From: Octopus vulgaris
Lineage: Eukaryota
DNA length: 64,000 nucleotides
NCBI GenBank assembly: GCA_951406725.2
Contig: OX597826.1
Coordinates: forward strand, 64,728,001-64,792,000
Reading direction: 5' to 3'
Position 1 is the stretch's first letter. Each line of letters begins with the position of its first letter. Below are positions 55,259-64,000 of this stretch, piece after piece. The position numbers were made by a program, and so were the translations under genes. The notes under the pieces are model-generated. The model worked only from the letters and a program-made list of their open reading frames with translations. It had not been told where the DNA came from and made no database searches.

Positions 55259-55290
<32 letters not shown>

Positions 55291-56320
55291 ATTGAGTTAG
55301 TAACCAAGCGATGGTGTGGTGATGATGTCGCTATTGACAACGGTTAAAACTAACAAACAGGCTGGAAACTGGACCAACGTAAGAAATAAATAAATAAATA
55401 AATAAATAAATAAATTCATAAATAGATTTAGACATAAATAAATAAATAAATAAACGGAATGAAATTAGACATGAGAAAGTGTTGTATTATTAACATTTAA
55501 TGCTTTTATCCTTTATTTTCCTTTCGTTTCTTCAACAAAACTTAGACTTAAACAAGAGCCAAATCCGCCGCATTGATATAACACTAAGTTTGTTTGATAA
55601 CAAACCACGACTGATTATAACAAAGTTTGTACCAAGAACTCATAAAAAGAAATTAAAACCAAATTGAAAATTTATCCTTTTGCTATGAAAAGCCTATTTT
55701 GTTGTCGTTTTATAATGTTTACTGTTGTTATTGTTGTTGTTGTTGTTGTTGTTGTTTGGTTTCTTTGTTTTTGTATGCGATTTTTGTTTCGTGGTATAAA
55801 TTTTAAGCTTCCCTTTCGTTCTTGTAATTTATATCGTCATCAAAGAATTCTGAAGAATGCACTATTGAAGAATACCCACAAGGCAATATCTCAACCAGTT
55901 CAAATTTCTATACAAAATATTTATTCAATGTAAAAATACTTTAATCTGGTTGAGCAGTATTTTAAAATGAAATGGAGTGAGGATTAGAAAAACACGGAGA
56001 ACATTCAAGAACGGATTATATCGGTTAGATACGCTAATACGATCCATGATATATTATGTTTTTGTATATATATATATACATATATATAGACACATATACA
56101 CACATACACACATGCATACGTACATGTGTGTGTGTGTGTGTGTGTGTATCTGTGCAATATAACTTATAAATCATCTATGCACACACATGCATGAGTGCAC
56201 TCAACACACATTCACACATGATCGTACGCACACACACACATACATACACAAACACACACACACGCGCGCACGCGCGCGCGCATCCATACAAACAAAACGA
56301 AAAACTTCCCAGTAATGGAT

Positions 56321-56704
56321 GGAAGCACTTCGTCGGTTACGACGACGAGGGTTCCGGTTGATCCGATCAACGGAACAGCCTGCTCGTGAAATTAACGTGT
56401 AAGTGGCTGAGCACTCCACAGACACGTGTACCCTTAACGTAGATCTCGGGGATATTCAGCGTGACACAGAGAGTGACAAGGCCGGCCCTTTGAAATACAG
56501 GTACAACAGAAACAGGAAGTAAGAGTGAGAGAAAGTTGTGGTGAAAGAGTACAGCAGGGATCACCACCATCCCCTGCCGGAGCCTCGTGGAGCTTTTAGG
56601 TGTTTTCGCTCAATAAACACTCGCAACGCCCGGTCTGGGAATCGAAACCGCCATCCTACGACCGCGAGTCCACTGCCCTAACGACTGGGCCATTGCGCCT
56701 CCAC
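56321..56704 (-). mobile_element. SINE family B, tail type 1
   Basis: Matches 15317-15703. Confidence 0.92.
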
Positions 56705-56974
56705 CATGTAATAACTAGACAGAATAACGTAGCAGACAACTACTGGGCTAATAGCATCGATCAAAAGGACGGCGAGCTGGCAGAATCGTTAACGCGTCAG
56801 AATAAATCGTTACAACATTTCTTTCGACTCGGTATGTTCCGAGTTCAAATCTTGCCGAAGAAGATTTTGACTTTCATCAGTCTGAAGGTTATGAAATAAA
56901 GCAGTCTTCGTACTCGAGTCGATAGTATCGAGAAATCATCTCCCTTCAAAATTGTTAGCTTTGTACCTAAATGT

Positions 56975-57136
56975 GAAGGTGCATGGCTCAGTGGTAAGAG
57001 CATCGGGCTCACAATCATGAGGTACTAAGTTCGATTCCCGAAGTAGACTGTGTGCTGTATTCTTGAGCAAGACACTTGAATTCGCATTGCCCCAGTTCAC
57101 TCAGCTGTAGAAATTAGTTGCGACGTCACTGGTGCC
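56975..57136 (+). mobile_element. tRNA-headed SINE with CORE-like domain, partial
   Basis: TGGCTCAGTGG A-box, GTTCGATTCCC B-box, CTTGAGCAAGACACTT...CCAGTTCACTCAGCTGTA. Confidence 0.6.
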
Positions 57137-57282
57137 ATTTATCAGTCAGAATATCTAAGGCAGCAGTTTTAGCATGGGTTTTCATGCTTGTTTCTAGTAC
57201 GTCTAATTCCAGAATTTGTTGTATTTGGAATTCACTTAGATATTCCTTTGCCTGCTTTGTTACTACCATTTACTATTTACTA

Positions 57283-57676
57283 TTTTACTTGTTTCAGTCA
57301 TTTGACTGCGGCCATGCTGGAGCACCGCCTTTAGTCGAGCAAATCGACCCCGGGACTTATTCTTTGTAAGCCCAGTTCTTATTCTATCGGTCTCTTTTGC
57401 CGAACCGCTAAGTGACGGGGACGTAAACACACCAGCATCGGTTGTCAAGCAATGCTAGGGGGACAAACACAGACACACAAACACACACACACATATATAT
57501 ATATACATATATACGACAGGCTTCTTTCAGTTTCCGTCTACCAAATCCACTCACAAGGCATTGGTCGGCCCGGGGCTATAGCAGAAGACACTTGCCCAAG
57601 ATGTCACGCAGGGGGACCGATACCGGAACCATGTGGTTCGTTAGCAAGCTACTTACCACACAGCCACTCCTGCGCC
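57283..57676 (-). mobile_element. SINE family A
   Basis: Full-length copy. Confidence 0.92.
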
Positions 57677-57805
57677 TATTGAGTATGAAGCTCTCTTGTC
57701 TTCGTGTTTTGAGGCAAGTTTTAATACCCAGTCCTCGCAGTTTTTCAGGTAGGTGTCTAGGCCAATTGTGGCAATCCACATTGTTAATGCCACGGCCTTC
57801 TTCTT
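57677..57805 (-). mobile_element. Short R4/Dong-like LINE internal fragment
   Basis: EEGRGI...(frameshift) TIGLDTYLKNCEDWVLKLASKHE, resembling the region after the RT domain. Confidence 0.45.
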
Positions 57806-57890
57806 AAATACCAGTCGAGCATTGGGGTCGATATAATCGACTAGCCCCCTCACCCAAAATTTTAGTCCTTATGTCTATAATAGAAAGGAT

Positions 57891-57958
<68 letters not shown>

Positions 57959-57976
57959 TCGTCATCGTCGTCGTCG

Positions 57977-58052
<76 letters not shown>

Positions 58053-58978
58053 TTGAATGTTTCCCCGTCAGGATGTGTCCACACACAGCTCCCGCCAAGG
58101 ACAAATTTTGCTTCAATTACGTTTTTTTAACGTTTTGCGTCGGTCTTCTGTCGTGATAGAATAGAGTCTCCGCCCATTCCGGGGTAGAAAGAAAGGTTCA
58201 TTTTGACAGTATTTTACCAGCTTAACAGTATTTTCTTTTCTTTTTTTTTTTTTTTTTTTTGTGAGGGGAAAGCGTCCATTTGTATTTATATTCCTTATCA
58301 ACATAGTGACGTCAGAGGTGGCAGCCGGAAGTACTTGTCACGATGGTAGTGGGTGTCTAGGCGACGAAAATAACAACGCCCCAGCAATTCCTGTTTTGAA
58401 AAAAAAGCAGATTTATGTTGAAATAAAATAAAAACACAGGCTACATAGCAGGTGAATAAACAGAATTGCAAACACGTTACAAAAATGAAATAGCGGGGAA
58501 AAAGTTTTCATTGAAAATTTTACATGGTTATATGATTAGGTTCGCTTTGCAACTACATGGTTTCAAGTTCAGCTCCACTGTGCGGCACCATGGGCAACCG
58601 TTTTCCAGTAGAACCCCAGCCTGGCCAATGCCTTGTAGGTAAATTTGGTTGACAGAAACTGTGCGCAATCCCATCGTATATATCTGTGTGTGTATATGTG
58701 TGTATGCGCATGTATGTACGTATATATATACACACATACATACATATGTAATATGTGTGTGTGTTTGTGTGTTTGTGTGTATGTGTGTGTGTGTGTGTGT
58801 GTGCATGTGTACGTGCGTGTGTGTACTTGTGAGGGTAGATTTGGAGTAACAAACAGGATAAATAGCACTCAATACAGAGCGTAAGTTTAATGTTTATTAT
58901 TTTTAATTGGCTAGAAGTTACATAGATGATCAATGATCGAGTGGCTCGTGCTTGGCACTTGTCAAAGTTTGATAAATG

Positions 58979-59392
58979 ACTTACTCTTTTACTCTTTTAC
59001 TTGTTTCAATCATTTGACTGCGGCCATGCTGGAGCACCGCCTTTAGTCGAGCAAATCGACCCCGGGACTTATTCTTTGTAAGCCCAGTACTTATTCTATC
59101 GGTCTCTTTTTTGCCGAACAGCTAAGTAACGGAGACGTAAATACACCAGCATCGGTTGTCAAGCAATGCTAGTGGGACAAACACAGACACACAAACACAC
59201 ACATGCATATATATATATATACATATATACGACAGGCTTCTTTCAGTTTCTGTCTACCAAATCCACTCACAAGGCATTGGTCAGCCCGGGGCTATAGTAG
59301 AAGACACTTGCCCAAGATGCCACGCAGAGGGACTGAACCCGGAACCATGTGGTTGGTTAGCAAGCTACTTACCACACAGCCACTCCTGTGTC
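58979..59392 (-). mobile_element. SINE family A
   Basis: Full-length copy. Confidence 0.92.
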
Positions 59393-59429
59393 ACTTTTGT
59401 TATTTCCTAGCGATTAAAAATTATAGATA

Positions 59430-60296
59430 CGAAGGGGTACCGAAAGTAACCGGGAACTTCTCTGTGGGACAAACCCGTTGTAGTTCAGGCTTCCGCCGCT
59501 AGAAGACACTTCATGCGACCCACAGGTATCAGTCTGCTGACCATCGTCGTCAGGTGATGTCGTACTTCAATGTGGTGCGTCTTTATTTTGCAGTGCTTCT
59601 CCCCTACTCGTCGCTTTTGTGATGGCGAAAACGAAGTAACAATGTGCTTCCGTGAAATTTTGTTCTCTGCTGGGGAAAACGGCAGCCGAACAGGCCGCTA
59701 CCATGAGCAAAACACAAGTTTATGAGTGGTTTCCACGCTTTAGGAATGGTCACTTGTCGCGTGAAGACCAGTCTCGTTCAGGGCAACCGTCGACCTCCTG
59801 AACGAATGAAAACAACATGAAAATTCCTGAACAGATCTTGGAAGGCCGTCACCGAACAATTGACGAATTTGATGATATGTCCTGGAACTCCTGCCATCAA
59901 ATTTTGGGCGAGGAATTGCGAATGGAAAGAGTTACACCAAAATTTGTGCCTTGCTTACTCACGGAAGATCAAAGCATGCCGCGAATGCATGTCCGAACTG
60001 AAAAAAAAAACAGTTGGAAGTTGATTCTGACGCTTTTTTCGAAGGTCATCACTGGTGATGAAAGCTGGTGCAATGGAATTTGCAGATGTGGAAGAGGTGA
60101 AGAAAAGAACAACAGAGGCGTTAAACGGAATCACTTCGCAAGAGTTCAAGCACTGCTTCGAATAGTAGAAAACGCGGCTTGACCGATGCATTGCTTCAAA
60201 TGAAGAATACTTTGAAGGCGATAAAGGTGTAAACATGTAAAACTAAGTGAATAAAATAATACTGCAAAATTCCGGTTTCTTTCGGGTACCCCCTCA
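59430..60296 (+). mobile_element. Internally deleted mariner transposon
   Basis: TIRs CGAAGGGGTACCGAAAGTAACCGG / CCGGTTTCTTTCGGGTACCCCCTCA with TA flanks; MSKTQVYEWF, KFVPCLLTEDQ, KVITGDESWC, RCIASNEEYFEGD. Confidence 0.88.
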
Positions 60297-60589
60297 TATA
60301 CATACGCGCGCGCGTATGTGTATGACTGTTTCGTGTTATTGCGTGGAATTTTAATAATAGTTCCAAGGTGCCTAATATGAGTATAGTACGCACACAATCA
60401 CACACACAGACACAGCATTGCCTCCCCTTTAAGCAATCTCAAAACACGGATACATACAAGCACCCCAAAAGTGTGCACTTCGCCTACTTCTTCCTTTCTT
60501 AGCTCCTCCATACAGAACCGCATTCCCACTTGACCTCTAATCAATCGTCAGTTTTTCCCTTCTCAACCACATTTCTTTTGTCACACTCC

Positions 60590-60745
60590 TTTTCTATTCG
60601 TCTATGATTTCTTTCTGATGAAGGACTAATATCCAAAACGTTAAGATTATTTTCCTTCCTTTTCAAGCGTTAAGCTTATACATTAATTGTTAAAACCTGT
60701 CCGCCCCGGTGATGTCTTTTGTCTTTTGTTCATTATCTTCACTCC
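60590..60745 (+). mobile_element. Penelope-like terminal fragment with inactivated hammerhead
   Basis: UCUUU-CUGAUGA-A-GGA-CUAAUA-UCC-AAAACGU-U-AAGA (G12A); downstream text resembles 44050-44140 minus strand. Confidence 0.55.
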
Positions 60746-60759
60746 ATACATACATACAT

Positions 60760-60790
<31 letters not shown>

Positions 60791-60803
60791 TACATACATA
60801 CAT

Positions 60804-60850
<47 letters not shown>

Positions 60851-60988
60851 TACATACATACATACATACATACATACATACATACATACATACATACATA
60901 CATACATACATACATACATACATACATACATACATACATACATACATACATACATACATACATACATACATACATACATACATACAAA

Positions 60989-61195
60989 GGCGGCGAGCTG
61001 CCAGAAACGTCAGCACGCCGGGCGAAATGCGTAGCCGTATTTCGTCTGTCGTTACATTCCAAGTTCAAATTCCGCCGAGGTCAACTTTGCCTTTCGGGGT
61101 CGATAAATTAAGTACCAGTTACGCACTGGGGTCGATATAATTGACTTAATCCCTTTGTCTGCCCTTGTTTAGCCCCTTGTGGGTAGTAAAGAAAT
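60989..61195 (+). mobile_element. SINE family C
   Basis: Full head and core. Confidence 0.9.
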
Positions 61196-61199
61196 ATGC

Positions 61200-61230
<31 letters not shown>

Positions 61231-61635
61231 CATACATACATACATACATACATGCATGCATGCATGCATGGTTTTCAACTATTAAATTCCACTCATAAAC
61301 TATTAATGTCTTTAGACAAGTTACTCAACAGTCAGACCGAAACCGGGACCACTTGATTCTCAAGTAAACTTCTTATCCACCTTTGCTATGCCTCAAGTTA
61401 ATTTTTTTTCTCCTACTTCTTAACTGTTATCTAATCTTTCTTCTTTACTCTTATGGCCTTCAGAATTTTCAGCAATTAGCTTTTATCCTTTTAGAAATTC
61501 TTGCACAGCGATGACTGACAATTAAGATTAATTTACTGTAATTTGGCATACGAAATACAAATCAAGCATTTCCTATTTAAAGTTAATCAAACGTTACACA
61601 TCAAACTAAATATCATGGAATTTATTTTCTGTGCA

Positions 61636-61741
<106 letters not shown>

Positions 61742-61869
61742 GATTATGCGTCTGTGAATGAGGGAAGCGCACCAGATACACACTCAAGTAAACACATATG
61801 CAAAGCATATATTTAAGCGTGTAATTCTAAAAGTGTAGAGTGCATGTACATATATGTATGTATATGCCG

Positions 61870-61906
<37 letters not shown>

Positions 61907-62115
61907 TGATAAATAGACGGATCGACCGACAGGCAAATAAATAGATGGACAGAATACTGGTGCCAACTGTCTTTTTAAATCCCCAGCCGAAATCCTTCCA
62001 CTGAGAAAGAACACCAAGAATATAGTTTATATTCCTTCAGAAGAAATTATTATTCCGGAATTAAGCCTTGATTGGACAACTAACCCCGTTTTTGAGTTGT
62101 TTTTTTTTAAATACG

Positions 62116-62202
<87 letters not shown>

Positions 62203-62229
62203 ACACACAGCTACTAACACGCGATACAT

Positions 62230-62336
62230 ATGTGCATAAACATATATATTTATGTAGATATATATACATATAATATACTTACGTGTACATTTATATGTAT
62301 GTATATATATATGTGTGTGTGTATACAAATTTATAT

Positions 62337-62389
<53 letters not shown>

Positions 62390-62520
62390 TATAAATGTGT
62401 ATACACACACACACATATATATATATATATACATACATATAAATGTACACGTAAATATATTATATGTATATATATGTGTGTATATATAAATATATATATG
62501 TATGTATATATGTGTGTATA

Positions 62521-62596
<76 letters not shown>

Positions 62597-62750
62597 CATA
62601 TATGTATGTATATATATATGTATATATATACACACATATATACATACATATATATATTTATATATACACACACACATATATATATACATATATATGTGTG
62701 TATGTATGTATATATGAGTGTATTTAGATATGCATACATATATATATAAA
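62230..62750. repeat. Complex (TA)/(TG)/(CA) microsatellite with internal inverted symmetry
   Basis: Direct reading. Confidence 0.85.
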
Positions 62751-63025
62751 GAGAGAGAAAGAGAGAGATACGTACATATGTATGTATAGCCGCTCACGCA
62801 TACACTTGCATAAGCACAGCAATTAAAAACCTAGTCTTCGCTCATGTCCCATGAGAATCGCGGACAATTTAGCAGCTACTTAGCCACCAACAGAGAGCCT
62901 ACGCCAATTAGCATCATACCAAATTCTTCCTAGATTTCTTCTGACTTAGACCAACCCCAGCAATTTACTGTAACGATTAAGATCTCTAACTATGATTGAA
63001 ACAAGTAAAAGAATTGAATAGATGA

Positions 63026-63059
<34 letters not shown>

Positions 63060-63082
63060 ATGTATGTATATGTATCTATATG

Positions 63083-63150
<68 letters not shown>

Positions 63151-63153
<3 letters not shown>

Positions 63154-63555
63154 CGAGACAAAACCACTATTTTAAAATCAAACAAGGAAAGACTTAATCA
63201 ATACGTAAAATTTTAATATAAATTAAATAAACCGCCACTACAATTGTTTCCTGTCTTCTACTGACATTCTTCAGGTGGATTTTCGATCTTCTAATCAGTA
63301 TCAAATTTGATACTGATTAGAAGATCGAAAATCCACCTGAAGAATGTCAGTAGAAGACAGGAAACAATTGTAGTGGCGGTTTATTTAATTTATATTAAAA
63401 TTTTACGTATTGATTAAGTCTTTCCTTGTTTGATTTTAAAATAGTGGTTTTGTCTCGAATTATATTATATAATATTTTACTATAAAATTGGATTTAACCC
63501 TAAATCTGATTTTCCCTGTAATTTTGGATTCATTCCCTAATATTTATTATTATTA
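63151..63555 (+). mobile_element. Perfect 310-bp spacerless palindrome plus about 95-bp unpaired tail, embedded in (TA)n
   Basis: 63151-63305 is the exact reverse complement of 63306-63460 (checked block by block); centre TCAAA|TTTGA. Confidence 0.95.
63333..63376 (+). ncRNA. Minimal type-I hammerhead ribozyme (mirror copy on - strand 63235-63278)
   Basis: CCAC-CUGAAGA-A-UGUC-AGUAGAA-GACA-G-GAAA-CAAUUG-U-A-GUGG: stem I CCAC/GUGG, palindromic ACAAUUGU stem III, GUA cleavage after 63372. Confidence 0.75.
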
Positions 63556-63578
63556 TATATATATATATATATAATATA

Positions 63579-63881
63579 ATTCGAGACAAAACCACTATTT
63601 TACAAAACAAACAAGGAAAGACTTAATCAATACATAAAAATTTGTAATATAAAGAAATAAACCGCCACTACAATCGTTTCATGTCTTCAATGACATCCGT
63701 CAGGTGGATTTTCGATCTCCTAATCTGTTTTAATTTATGTATTGATTAAGTCTTTCCTTGTTTGTTTTGCAAAATAGTGGTTTTGTCTCGAATTATATTA
63801 TATAATATTTTACTATAAAATTGGATTTAATCCTAAATCTGATTTTTCCCTGTAAATTTGGATTTATTCCCTAATATCTAT

Positions 63882-63888
<7 letters not shown>
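63579..63888 (+). mobile_element. Second, diverged copy of the palindromic element with a central deletion
   Basis: Same arm start ATTCGAGACAAAACC and same tail; only the - strand hammerhead remains (63665-63707: CCAC-CUGACGG-AUGUC-AUUGAA-GACAU-GAAACGAUUGU-A-GUGG). Confidence 0.9.
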
Positions 63889-63965
<77 letters not shown>

Positions 63966-64000
63966 ATATATATATATAATATATATAATATATATATATA

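Overview
Eukaryotic, AT-rich, extremely microsatellite-dense non-coding DNA. The SINE families and repeat make-up suggest an octopus (Octopodidae) genome; this is an inference. I find no convincing host exon, and almost every ORF in the track is translated microsatellite or SINE. The window is a mosaic of three abundant tRNA-headed SINE families (called A, B, C here), 5'-truncated R4/Dong-type LINE ends in (TAA)n, RTE LINE fragments, a full-length decayed Tc1, an internally deleted mariner, Helitron pieces, hAT-like MITEs, a probable solo LTR and a Gypsy pol remnant. The most interesting signal is a set of (TA)n-embedded fold-back elements (5779-6122, 29681-29900, 44439-45758, 63151-63555, 63579-63888) and related single-arm elements. 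Most carry minimal type-I hammerhead ribozyme motifs with palindromic stem III, and the fold-backs share an 'inverted arm + sense arm + unpaired 3-prime tail' architecture. A decayed GIY-YIG endonuclease remnant (51617-51843) abuts a similar inverted arm. Together these point to a (TA)n-targeted, ribozyme-bearing Penelope-like/retrozyme system.
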